Below, one piece after another: positions 12,831-25,567 of a stretch of DNA of 64,000 nucleotides. The stretch covers positions 496,001 to 560,000 of the forward strand of contig BQFW01000002.1 of assembly GCA_020891255.1 (NCBI GenBank), given 5' to 3'. The position numbers and the translations under genes are program-made. Below the pieces are notes generated by a model. That model saw nothing but the letters and a program-made list of their open reading frames with translations, was not told the origin of the DNA and did not search any database. Source of the DNA: Entomortierella parvispora E1425. Taxonomy: Eukaryota > Fungi > Mortierellomycota. The stretch's first letter is position 1. Every line of letters begins with the position of its first letter.

Positions 12831-13384
12831 TAATCACTAACGCTGTTATAAGTTGATTTGTCCATTACCAATAGAATTCATCGAGTCAGTTGACTTCCCT
12901 ATCAAGAAAATGAAGAGGCCCTCTTAAAGGGGGATCAGGTGTCCCTTGCTATATGCAAGAACTGAAGGACCGATCTTCGTTATGGTAGGATGCCCCAGAA
13001 GAACAAGATAAACAAATAATTGTGTCAAGGCTATTAACGCTGTCTCTTCATGATGTCCGCAGGGCGCAAGTCACATGCGGTGTGAGAGTTGAGAGCACTC
13101 GAGCAACCACATTATTATTGTTATTGCGCTTCCTCTGGACCTATCCTCGAAGGTTCGATCACAATGCTGTGCAACCATGAACTGCTTTTTGTCTCCCTTT
13201 GCTCAAAATTGCAACTCTTCAACTTTTTCCCTTCTCCCATCTTCCAACCCAACCCATCGTAGACATTCCACCAAATTCTCAAAGCGCCTCTTGTAGAGTT
13301 GTTAATCGCATGTGGCGCTGCTCTTGTCATTTGTTCTCTCATTCACTCTCATATATATCTACCCGCTTTAGTCAACAATAATCG

Positions 13385-16300
13385 ATGGTCTGGTACAAAT
13401 GGTCCCTGCCAGCACAGGATGCTCTTAAACGTGCAAAAAAGGATCTCGAGAAAGCTCGTAACGCCCAGGACAAACGAAAAGCTCTGAGATTCTGCGACGA
13501 TGCCAAAGAAGCTCTGGGAAGGATCAATATCTCGGCAAACATCAACGACCTCAGCCAAATCGTTTCTGCATACCGCGAACATGGCCGAGTTCTTGAAACC
13601 CTGGGACATGACGCCAAGGCTAGAGTAAGCTACGGTAAAGCGGACGAGCTGAGGTAATATGGATACCAACGAGACAACTATACGAAGCAGCAATTATAGC
13701 TCATAATAACACTGGTTTTCTCTCTCTCTCATGTTCTGCCTTTACTGTAAAGCACTGGCCTCGATGCAACAGCCTCCCTCCTTACGGCACCATCTACTCC
13801 TCAGCCGTCGACAGTATTAAGGCCCCAGCAATCTGTCGCTCCCTCTGAGGTAGAGATCTTGGCCAGGTCATTCTCCAGCAGCACCATCGCGGGGCGTGAC
13901 AAAGAAACAGTGTTTGCGACAGTGTTTGCAAAAGACTGTCCCCCATCCACAGCACCGTGCGAATTGCCAAGAGCAGATGAAGATCTCAAGAGCACCCAGC
14001 AGCTCGCCAACTGCCTCGGACTTATCCAAGCGTCACCTCTTCCCACAGACATTCTTGACTCCTTGGTCCCATCAGCCCGCAACTGGCTCGAAATCACGAA
14101 AAATGATATAGACGAGCAAGAACGACTCAGTACGCTGGCCACAGACCTAGTCCGTGCTCTCGCACGGGACGAGCTGAAGGATCAAAAAGTCATAGCCGAG
14201 ATCCTGTGCTTGGCCCCAGCGATGAAGAGAAGAGACTTCCAAGCTGTGCTCAAGTTATTTGTCAATGAAATCAAGGATTCAGCCTTACTGGATGTCCCTG
14301 CATTGGATGGGCTTGCGCAATTGATCCAGAGCGCTTCTCCTGGATATATTGATGCGAATGATCTCGTCCAGATCCTGACTCTTCTTAACATCCGATTGCA
14401 AAGCACGTTTCAAAAATCATCCCATCACGTCTACCAACTGACGTTAACGGTCTCCCGTGTTCTTGATGCAATGGTGGACAGCGAGATTGAAGGTCTAGAT
14501 CGAGTCAATCTTCATGAACCACTCCTCGCGTACTTTGAAGACTTGAAAAAGGCCGAGGACCCTTACCTCGTATTTCAAGCGGTGTATACCTATCAAGCAC
14601 TTTTGAGTGTCCCTGACGATGAAGAGATTTGGCGAGCGGCTTTACGGCGCACAGGAGCGGTCATCAAAGGCGTCAGTGGACTTGCAAGCGCAATCAAAGG
14701 ACTCGACATTACTGCGTTTATTGACGGCTTGCAGTCCATTCAAGGTGGACTCCGGGGTGCAAACCAGTTCTTTGGGATTGTCATGGATGCGTACACAGGC
14801 GTCATGGATCTGAAAGAAGGCGGTCAGGGCTTCCTGGAGTCACTCAAAAGCGGTCTTAGTTTCAAGCAAAAGCGCGCTTGGTATCCAGTCCTGCGCGCCG
14901 CCGACGTCTTGGTTCGAAACGGTGAACTGGTCAAGTTCAAAGCGTTAGTCTGGGAAGCACCTTGTCGCCTTGATCAAGCATTTCAATGGGGTCTCTGCCA
15001 ACGTCTCAGGTATTTGGCCGTGGCTCCATATTTGGATGTCGATTCTCAAAAAGACGCTGTGGCGTTCTTGGGCGAGATATACTGCAATGAGCTAGCGTGG
15101 GGCCAGGAACCACTTATCAAGCAGTGCATCCTGGACATTGTTTTGCAATTGGCATCATTACCCGATCGCACTGTTTCAGGTACTTTACGAATTAAGTGGT
15201 GTGCATTGTAGAAGAGATAGGAGCACTTTAGAATTGGCAACTGACCTCGATTTGCTTGATCCATAGGATCGGTGTCCTTCGCTGCTGCAACGCTTCTACA
15301 AGAGCTGAAGAATGATGGCGATAGGTCGAAGCAGGCTCTTTACGAAGCCAGTGTCAAAGTAGGACCTGGCTCTCATCTCTGGAGTATTTCCCAGCCTCTT
15401 CCGGATTCATCCACTGTCCTTCTTGACCGGGTTCAAAACAGAGCTTCCTTTGCGCGCGAGTTACGATTGTATAAACGCCGAAGACAAGAGGAAGCAAAGC
15501 GACACGCGATATACATATCTCCTCAGGCCAAAGCGAGTCGGAAATCACCCGATACTGAGCTCTTTGAATTGGCAGACAAAGTCAACGAGTTTCTGAAAGG
15601 CGAAAGAAAGGCTTTCCTAATCATAGGCGACTCCGGAGCTGGCAAGTCTACATTCAACTTGGAGCTTGAGCTTCAGCTGTGGAAAGATTATGAAAGCGAT
15701 AAGGAGTGGGTCCCGCTATTTGTATCGTTGCCAGAAATTCATGAGCCTGAGCACGATCTTATCCCAAAGCAACTACACAGATTTGGCTTTAAGGACGACC
15801 AGATTCAGGAGCTCAAGGCCCAGAAGAAGTTCATTTTGATATGCGATGGCTATGACGAGTGTCAACGGAGAACCAACCTTTACAGCAGTAATCGGATGAA
15901 CGATCCTAATGAGTGGATCGTCAAGATGATAATCAGCTGCAGAAGCGAATTCCTAGAGCCCGACTATCAACTATACTTCCAGCCCGGAGATCGCAATGAT
16001 AGGACAGGTGCAGTCTACCTTCAGGAAGCTGTGATTGTTCCATTCTCAAGTTCCAAGGTCCAGGACTACATCCAAAGATATGTCGACAAATACGGATCCT
16101 CCAATGACCCAACCTGGAGCATCGACGAATACTGGCGCACGATCCAGAGTATTCCCAACCTTTTAGAACTAGTGACGAATCCTTTTCTTTTGTCGCTGGC
16201 TCTCGATGTTTTGCCAAGCCTGGTGAACCTTCAAGGCCCTATTCCTACCAAAATAGCCAGGGTCACATTGTATGATGAGTTCCTGAAGCATTGGATAGAA

Positions 16301-19141
16301 CGAGGCCAGAAGCGATTGATAGGCAGGAAATTGAGTCCAGAGGATGAGAGGGCCTTTCGAATGCTATCGAGAGACAACTTCTCGCAACGCGCCATTGCAC
16401 TTGTCAAGGAGTTGGCTGTCGCCATGTATTGCCATCAAGAGGGGAGACCTGTGGTCGAGTTTTCTCACTCCAAGGACCAGAGGAACTGGAAGGCAGAGTT
16501 CTTCAGTGATGACTATAGGACAAACCTTCTACGTGAGACAGCTCCCATCGTCTGCAATGGAAACCAGCATCGGTTTATTCACAAATCAGTTCTGGAATAC
16601 GGGCTAGCACGTGCAGTCTTTGAGCCATGGAAAGAAGCAAGTGACGAACAGAGCTTTGTTGATCAATGGAACGGGAACAAAGGATCGGAGCAGGATAACC
16701 CAACAGCAGTGGCTTCTATCCCTGTGTTATTTCGAAAGAGCTTTGTCCAACAGCCATCTATTATTGGCTTCCTGGTCGATCGAGTCTTACAGAGCAAGGA
16801 CTTTGAAAATCAACTTCACGATATTATCCACCTCTCGAAGACGGACCGAGGAGTCAGCAAGGCTGCGGCTAATGCAATCACGATTTTAGTGCGAGCTGGC
16901 ATTCGATTTCATGGAGTCGATCTGAGAGGGATTCGCGTTCCTGGTGCGGACCTGAGCTATGGGCAGTTCGATTCTGCGCAGTTGCAAGGAGCGGATATGA
17001 GTAACACTTTACTCTCCAACATTTGGCTGAGAGAGGCGAATTTGAGCCATGCACAGATGCAAGGGGCGGACTTCGGAGAGTGGCCATTTCTTGCCACAGG
17101 CGGTTACGTGTCTTGTTGCGCCTACTCACCTGCTGTCAAGGAAGCTCCTATCACTAGATTTGCCGTAGGCCTTGCTGATGGCACCTTAACCGTATATGAT
17201 GCCTTGACATGGGACACAGTTTTCTCTGTAACTGAAAGTCTTGCTAGTTTCAATGGTGTGGCCTATTCTCCTTGTGGCGAGAGAATCGCCTCGTTCAGTA
17301 GAGGCAGTAAAGGCACCCCTATTCGCCTGTGGGATGCACAGTCTGGCTCGCCTATACCCATTCCGATTGTCTACGATGGCCTGGTGTCAAGCATAGCGTT
17401 CTCCCCCGATGGCCAATGGATTGTTACAGCCAGCGATGACATGACCATTCGACTCTGGAATGCGCGGACTGGTTCACCCGGGCTTGTTTTCAGAGGCCAT
17501 TCCGATATAGTGTCTTGCGTGGCGTTTTCTCTAGATGGCAAGCAGATCGTCTCTTGCAGCCACGACAAGACGGTTCGGCTATGGGATATCTGGACAAGAG
17601 AGGCTGTTTCTGTCTTTAGCGGCCATGACAGCAAGGTCTCGAGTGTGGCGTATTCTCCTATCGGAAATCAGATTGCGTCCGGTGATTCGCAGGGAACGAT
17701 AAGGCTGTGGGACATCCAAAGTGGCGAAACTCGCCATGTTCTGAAAGGTCATAATGGTCCCATCTCTTGCTTGGCCTATTCCCTCGGAGGTCATCAGGTC
17801 ATTTCGGGTAGTTTAGATTGGACAGTTCGCTTATGGGGCTCCGAGACTGGCGCAGTTGGGCCTGTTCTGAGCGGCCATAAGGGTCCAATTGCCTGTGTAG
17901 CCTCTTCACCAGATGGCCGGCAGATCGCTTCTGGTAGTGGGGACACTAAGGTGCGATTGTGGGATGCACATACTGGGGTGGCCATTTCTAGAGGCCACAC
18001 AAATACCGTTTGGGAAGTGGCACGCTCGCCAAATGGATGTCAGATCGCGTCAGGCGGCGAAGACAACTCTGTTCGACTGTGGGATGCGCAGGCTGGCGTG
18101 CCAGGCCCTGTTTTAATTGGACATACCAATCAAGTTCGACAGGTCATGTATGCACCAAGTGGCAAGCAGATTGCTTCAGGCAGCTGGGATGCCACAGTCC
18201 GACTCTGGGATGCAGGAACAGGAGCACCAGGACCGATCTTGAGCGGCCACAAGGACATGATTATGAGTCTGGCCTATTCGCCCTGTGGCCAATGGATAGC
18301 CGCAGGTAGTACTGATGGGGCCGTGCGGATCTGGGACACACAAACTGGCAAGGAGCGCTATGTTTTAACTGGACACAGATCCTTGGTGACCACCTTGTTC
18401 TTTTCGCGGAGTGGCCAGCAGATCGCTTCAGGGAGCCGAGACAGGACTGTGCGATTGTGGGATGTACAAACTGGTAAACCAGGCCCTATCTACAAGGGCC
18501 ATACTGCGATGATAAAGAGCATTGCCTTCTCGCAGGATGACCAACAGATTGCGTCAGGGAGCGAAGACAGTACTGTCCAGGTCTGGGACACACACACTGG
18601 CAAAGCCAAATTTAGTCTGGAGGGCCAAGACGGCGCGGCGTTGGTCGTGGTTTACTCTCCAAACGGCCTCCATATCGCAGCGGGCAGTTGGAACAGGACC
18701 ATCCGACTCTGGGATGCCCAGACAGGTGAACCTGGTCTGGTTTTAGCTGGCCACAGTGAGTTAATTTGGGCCGTAGAATTCACACCGGACAGCCAGCGGA
18801 TCGCCTCATTCAGTCCCGACAAAACTTTGCGGATTTGGGATGTGACAACAGGGCAGTGTTTGCTGGTCATGGACGATTTCCATGATTCTGTCAGAAGTTT
18901 TGTCTGGGATATTGCTCAGGATGGAATCTGTTTTGTTACTGGCAATGGCGACTTTTCGGTTCAGAAATGGCGGCTGATCGTTGAAAGCGAGACCAAGCAT
19001 CGAGTGCAGCTTGTCTGGAGTTCATCGCAAGATAAGCTTGTCTTGTCAGGAACCTCGTTCCAAGATGTTCAGTCCCTAAGCAAGGCCAACATTCAGCTGA
19101 TAGAGCAACGTGGGGCTCTGAATACTCCAGTGGCGCTTTAA
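13385..19141 (+). CDS. NLR-like STAND protein: helical/ARM-like N-terminus, NACHT, pentapeptide repeats, about 14-15 WD40 repeats; exons 13385-13653, 13753-15179, 15267-19141 (1856 aa)
   Basis: Walker A IGDSGAGKST, Walker B ILICDGYDE, pentapeptide run GVDLRGIRVPGADLSYGQFDSAQLQGADMS, repeated GH...SP.G.QIASGS.D.TVRLWD units. Splice phases checked. Confidence 0.9.
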
Positions 19142-19805
19142 GAGTGAGCTGGCGGCCGAGGTACACATATTTGAAATGAGAAATGAAGACGAGTCTTCAG
19201 TAAATCCAGCAAATACCAAAAGCTATTGATTCATTCTTCCTTAGAGCACAGTCCCCATCTTCATTTTTGCGTGGCCAAAGAGAAAATAAAATAAAATAAA
19301 AACTATCCACCCCATCTCTGAGGATTCCTCGTTCACAATTAGTAGGATCAAGCATCTTACGGAGGCCAAGCAATGTTCGTCTGCTTGTGTACGTCTCTGG
19401 AGATCAATCTTCAGCCGCTTCCCGTCCTTCGTCTGCTACTTGTCCTTCAGAGATATTCCGGGTTGAATTAACAAATCATGTCACGGAGACTGATGAGGTC
19501 ACGGTGTCAGCCAATGCCCCCACCCTCTTCCCCGAAGAACCCAAGTAAGAACACCCAATGAACACTTCAGCTACATGCAAAAGGTCAAATTACCCAATTT
19601 ATTCATATGTTCGAGCTCAGGCATTCAGACTTGAAGGTTTGAGTCTCCAAAAACACCATGACGTAAGAAGCGCGCTCTAAAAAGCAAAAAAAAAAGGCCC
19701 AATATGACGAATGTGGCGCACGGGGTGGTTCGTGCGCAAAAATGTTGCGATCACTCACTCCACCGTTATGTTTTCATGGAAAAACATCTGGACGAAAGGA
19801 GCCCT

Positions 19806-20949
19806 TTAAACCGCCACTGAAGATGTCACCCTGCCCAAGGACGTGTCGTTTGAAGTAGATTGACTCTTAAGGGTCATCTCTTCTCGCTTTTTCCTCTGCT
19901 CTCTTTCATAGCGCTTAGAAGGCTTTTGTAGAAGAATGTCAATTTTGCCTCGTTTTGGGATGGGAGGCAAAAAGGTGACCATTGGTCTATAGGCGGCACC
20001 TTTGCGAATCTCCTTGAGCTTGAGAGACTCAGGAACCCAATTTAACGCTACATGTCGAATGATCCGCTCTTTCAATGTCTATTCATGGAAGGAAAAAAAA
20101 GAAAGACTCCATATTCAGTCAGTCTAGCCCAAAGGCACTGAATGACGCCTGTGCCAGATGTACGCCAACTTCTTCATACTTGACCGTGGAGAACAATCCC
20201 ATTGATCTTACTCCTTCCGTACATCTCAGCAACGTAATGGTAGCGTTGATCTTTGTAATCCAGACACGCTGCTTGGATTGCGTCTCTATCGAGAGATTCC
20301 AGTTCGTACAGGCAGTTCGCCAAGATAACAGCATCTAACAACGCAACCAGTGTGAATAAACATGGGACTTTTTGACATTGAGAATTGGAAATTGGAGGTG
20401 GTCCAGGGATTTTACCTTGGAGAGCGCACACAGCACCCTGTCCAGCACTCGGGAGAAGTTTGTGAGCAGCTATAACCAGTGTATAAATGAAATGCCAACA
20501 GAGTCAGAGAAAGAGAAAATGGCCAAACCTTCACTTCGAAAACATCACAATCATCAATTTCCACAAAAAAAAAAAAAAAAAAAAGGCACCCTACCATCTC
20601 CAATGAGGACTGTCCTTCCGTGCGACCAGGTATTGAAGAGCTTCTCTTCAAGAAAAACCTTGGAGATATTAGCTGCAGGGGTGGCGCTGATCAATTTACC
20701 CAGAGTGCCACCTCCTGGAACTTTGAAGTCTTTGACTTGGTCAATGAACTCGGAATTAGATTCAGAGGTCCATTCCGAGTTACGGAACTTGATTTTTTCA
20801 AAATCGGCAACGGACGCGATCTGCGAAATGATGACCCAGCAGACGCGATTCTCGGACATATTAAACTCTGACCACTACGCAGCCATGAAGAAACAGAGAG
20901 CACATCATTTAGTTTCTTTCTTTCCTTCCTGAAGTTGTGGAAAGCGCGA

Positions 20950-20984
<35 letters not shown>

Positions 20985-21950
20985 TACGCTGAATCTCGTA
21001 CCACGCCCAATGATCTGACTGAAGTTCGAAGTCTGGCTTTTCAGAAATGGATATTGTTCCGGGTCCATTGAATCCGTGGTGCCGACCATCGCCAAGAACC
21101 CGTTGCTCATATCTGTGGTATCCGATGCTGGCAACAGATTCTGTTCTTGAAGAGTCTTGTATAACCCCTGTCTCACACCGCTGTGAGCGCCGTCGGCGCC
21201 AACCAAAATGTCGCCATGGTAAGTGGTACCGTCGGCGCAACGGATCATGACTCCTTCCTTATTCTGGATCATGGACATGACTTTCTTGTTGTAGTGAATC
21301 CTTTCTGCTGGGATCTTGGACAGCAGCAACTGGTGGAACTTTGGACGAGGAAAATTGAAGAAATTGTATCCAAGTCTATTTGTACAAATGAATGGTACAA
21401 CAAGTAATCAGTCTTGGAAGTCATTTTTACCAATGCAAACCATTATCATCGTCATCATCAAATTGCCGCTGGTTCATAAAACTCTTACTCGCTGTCTGTA
21501 CTGGAGTTGTCGAACATGGCAATGACCTCCATGTTTTCATACATGATCTTTGAATTTCCAGCAGGGAAGGAGATGGCCTTGAGCTCATCAAGGAGACCAA
21601 TTTGCTCTATAGCCCCAAGGATGTTAGCGTTCAAGGACATGATGGACCCTATCATTGAGCCAGGAGGGTGGGTGTTAAGGGCGCTGTTGAAGAGAACCGT
21701 TTACTATGATAAGTTGACTTCTACTCCCTTCCATCATACCAAGAGGCTTCACTGTCGAGGCTCTCTCATAGATCTCATATGGGATCCCTGCCTTGTCAAG
21801 AAGGATGGCAAGCAGAAGGCCAGCAAGACCGGCGCCAACGATCATAACGTGCGGGGTCTTTCCATCACTCTTGGGGGGGAGTTGGGATGGGTATTTGACA
21901 GGCGTGTCATCGAACTCGTCAACAGGTTTGCGGGTACGATGGGGATTCAT
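19806..21950 (-). CDS. FAD-dependent monooxygenase, copy B; 7 exons
   Basis: MNPHRTRKPVDEFDD start, GAGLAG, GADGAHS, IGD|AAHKLLPSAGQGA; frame intact. Confidence 0.88.
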
Positions 21951-22153
21951 TGTGAATAAGCTGGGAGGATTGAGGGCTATAAGGGGGTAAGAAAAGACTG
22001 GTGGAAAGGAAACAAAGGGCAGAACGAAGGGTGGGTTGCTTCCTTTTCTTCTTCTCCTTCTTTTTTTTTTTATTTTTTTTATATGAGTTTATATCGCAAC
22101 TGCATCGCTTGAACACAAAGACACAAATGAGAGCAGAACGTAAAGTAGCTGCC

Positions 22154-22171
22154 GGTCACACAGCACAGCAG
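22154..22171 (-). promoter_or_regulatory. Shared upstream motif of the monooxygenase paralogs (plus strand GGTCGCACAGCACAGCA-like)
   Basis: Variants at 11583, 22154, 25130, 27726, 30295 and 32907, each about 110-220 bp upstream of a paralog ATG. Confidence 0.55.
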
Positions 22172-22910
22172 TGGACCATTGCTTTCAGTTTAGCCGCTCA
22201 AGCCAAAGGTGCTTGGGAACTTGATATGGGATGCTTGATACTCTTTGGAACGGACAGTTGCCTAAGACTTCAAGTGCGCCGCATCTGTGAAGAATCAGAG
22301 GGCTTATAACTGAGATGCAGGAAGAGGAAAACGCGACACGAACGCGCCGAACCGTTGGTGGCCATGAACGCCATTCGGGTCATGGTGTGTGATGATTGGT
22401 GACCTCTCAATACGCTTGCCAGAGCACCGTTGAAGCTCAATTGTTGGTGACCAGAGAAAGATTGAGTCTCAGCTGCGTTTGTCCTTGTTCTCCAGTGCCC
22501 CATGGCCAGCTAATAAAGAATGGGTGGATGAACCTCCCTCTTGTACTGTACATGTGCAGTTACCTCCACTCCATAGCCCTTACCAAGAATCATCCTCCTG
22601 TGTGAGGGTTCCAGTCCTGCCGCCCAGCGGCACTGAACCTCATGTGCTGGACCATGAGTTTTCCTCTGATAGACTATTGGGAACTGGGGTTGACTCAAGA
22701 GGGAGCTCTGTCGAGAAACCACCCTCCATTACTCTTCCTTCTTCCTTAAAGTCCAATAACATACGGGGAGGCGGTATGAGCAACTTCTGATGTTGAGTCT
22801 GCCGGATAATCACCATCTGCGCACTTAGAGGAGCCTGACTCAAAATTCCTCAGTATCCTCGGTTTTTATTTTTTTCATCTTGAAGACATGGCTACTCAAG
22901 GAGGAACCAC

Positions 22911-24965
22911 TTAAACAGCCGCCACAGGCAACGTAGCGACTGGTGAAGTGTCCTCCACACGGGATTGGATCTTGAGCGCCTCCTCTTCTTGCTTCTTTTT
23001 TTGCTCTCTTTCGTACCTCTCTGAAGGCTTTTGCGGGAGAAGATCTATCTTGCCTCGTTTGGGGATGGGGGGCAAAAAGGTGACCATTGGTCTGTAGGCG
23101 GCACCTTTGCGAATCTCCTTGAGCTTGAGAGACTCGGGGATCCAGTTAAGGACCACATGCCGAATGATCCTCTCTTTCAACGTCTAGTCGTGGAGCAAAG
23201 ACACAAAGAAAGTTAGAGTATAATCTCCAGTCAATCCAGAGGACGGCTCCAACTCCCTACTCTCCTCGACTTTCCATACTTGGCCGTGGAGAACAATTCC
23301 ATTGATCTTGCTCCTTCCGTACATCTCTGAAACATAGTGGTAACGCTGCTCTTTGTAGTCCAGACACGCGGAGTGGATTGCCTCTCTGTCAAGAGATTCC
23401 AGGCCATACAGGCAGTTCGCCAGGATAACAGCATCTAATAAGGTAACCCGTGTGAATAAACATGGGACGTTTGACATTGAGAATTGAGAATTGGATGAGA
23501 TCCATGTATTTTTACCTTGCAGAGCGCACACCGCACCTTGTCCAGCACTCGGGAGAAGATTGTGGGCAGCTATAGACAGTCAGTGAAAATGGAGCGTTAG
23601 CTTGCTTGAAGATGATGCACACGGTCAAAAAAAAAAAAAAAAAAACACCCTACCATCTCCAATCAAGACTGTCCTTCCGTGCGACCAGGTATTGAAGAGC
23701 TTCTCCTCAAGAAAAACCTTGGAGATGTTAGCTTCAGGCGTGGCGCTGATCAAGTTACCAAGCGTGCCGCCTCCAGGGACTTTGCAATTTTTGACCTGGT
23801 CAATCAGCTCGGTGTTGGATTCAGGACCCCATTCCGAGTTGGGGAACTTTTTGTTTTCGTGCTCTTCAACTGAGTTAATCTGAGAGATGATCACCCAACA
23901 GACACGATTTTCGGGCACGTTCAACTCGGACCACTGAGCCGACGCAGGGTATGAGGTAGCAATAAAACAAGATATTAGCATTTCTGAAGACAAAACGCCG
24001 CAGCAAGTATGAAAATAGAACTCACGCTGAAGCTTGTGCCGCGTTCAATGACCTGACTGAAGTTTGAGGTCTTGCTCTTCAGAAATGGATATTGTTCAGG
24101 GTCCAGCGGGTCAGTAGTACCAACCATCGCCAAAAACCCGCTACTTGGCTCTATGGTATCGTGCGCCGGGAGTAGATTCTGTTCTTGCAGGGTCTTATAC
24201 AATTCCTGTCTCACAGCGCTGTGCGCGCCGTCGGCGCCGACCAAAATATCACCGTGATAGGAAGTGCCGTCGGCACAATGGATCATGACCCCTCCATTGT
24301 TCTGGACTGTGGAAACAACCTTCTTGTTGTAATGAATCTTTTCCGCTGGGACCTTGGACAAGAGCATTTCATGGAACTTCGGACGAGGAAAATTCAAAAA
24401 GTCATATCCAATCCTATTTGCACATGAGCAGGGCAATCAGACTCCATCCTCTTTTGGAGTGAAAAAAAAATGAATACCGCGATAACCATCCGTTCAGAAA
24501 ATATCTTACTCGCTGTCTGTGCTAGAGTTGTCAAACGTGGCAATGACTTCCATGTTTTCATACATGATCTTTGTATTTCCAGCAGGAAACGAGATGGCCT
24601 TCAGCTCATCGAGGAGACCAATCTGGTCTATGGCCCCAAGAATGTTGGCGTTCAACGACAAAATGGACCCTATCATCAGGCCAAGGGAAGGGAGTTAAGG
24701 ACGACGCCGGGAAGAGACGACACACTCCAAAAGTGACCTCTGCTTGATCTTTCATACCAAGAGGTCTGACTATCGAGGCTCTCTCATAGATTTCGTATGA
24801 GATCCCGGCCTTGTCGAGAAGAATGGCAAGAAGCAGTCCAGCGAGACCGGCACCGATAATGACCACGCGTGGGGTCTTGTCATCACTGTTCTTGGGCGAC
24901 TGGGATGAGTGCTTGAAAGGTGAGTTGTCAAAGCCGTCATTAGAGGTGTGGGAATTAGGATCCAT
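22911..24965 (-). CDS. FAD-dependent monooxygenase, copy C; 7 exons
   Basis: GAGLAG, GADGAHS, IGD|AAHNLLPSAGQGA; frame intact; divergent N-terminus MDPNSHTSND. Confidence 0.87.
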
Positions 24966-25567
24966 TGCGAATGAGACCGGTGGATTGAGGGTTGATATGG
25001 AGGGTACGAGAGAGAGAGAGAGTGAAAAAAAGAGAGAAGAAATTGATGGGACGATTCTTTTTCTTCTTTTTTCTTTCTCGCAATTGCACTGTGTGAACAC
25101 AAGAGAGAGCAATGGATAAAATAGCTGCTGGTCGCACAGCACAGCAGTAGACCATCGTTTTCAGTTTAGTCGCTCAAGAGAGAGGCGCTTGGGAACTTGA
25201 CATGGGATGTTCGTTGCTATTTGGGACAGGCAGTTGTCTAAGGCTTCCAGTGCACCGCATCTATGAAGAATCAGAGGGCTGATGACTGAGCTGCAGGAAG
25301 AGGAAAACGCGACACGAACGCGCCGCCATGAACGCCACTCAGGTCAATATCTGTGGCCTCTCGTTTTTTTCTGAGCACCATTGAGCTCTATTGTTTGTGA
25401 CCAAAAAAAATTGAATCCCAGCTGCGGCTTGGCCAGAATGGGCAATGAACAATGCTTCCGCTTCGTCGGCCATACCAGGAATGTAGGATCCAGGAGGGAT
25501 GCCTGAAGTTCTCAGAACTCCCAATTCGTACTTTATTGTTCTCATTCTAAAGCCACGGATGAGGCAT

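Noticed and set aside
17100-18960. Concerted evolution of WD40 repeats as in Podospora HNWD genes
   Set aside because: The repeats are clearly divergent from each other at protein and DNA level; no block of near-identical units.
11950-19800. NLR block as a transposon cargo insertion
   Set aside because: No terminal inverted repeats, target-site duplication or transposase/RT motif could be found by eye.
22480-22860. Unique spacer between copies C and B with short ORFs
   Set aside because: No recognisable homology; consistent with 3' UTR or terminator sequence.
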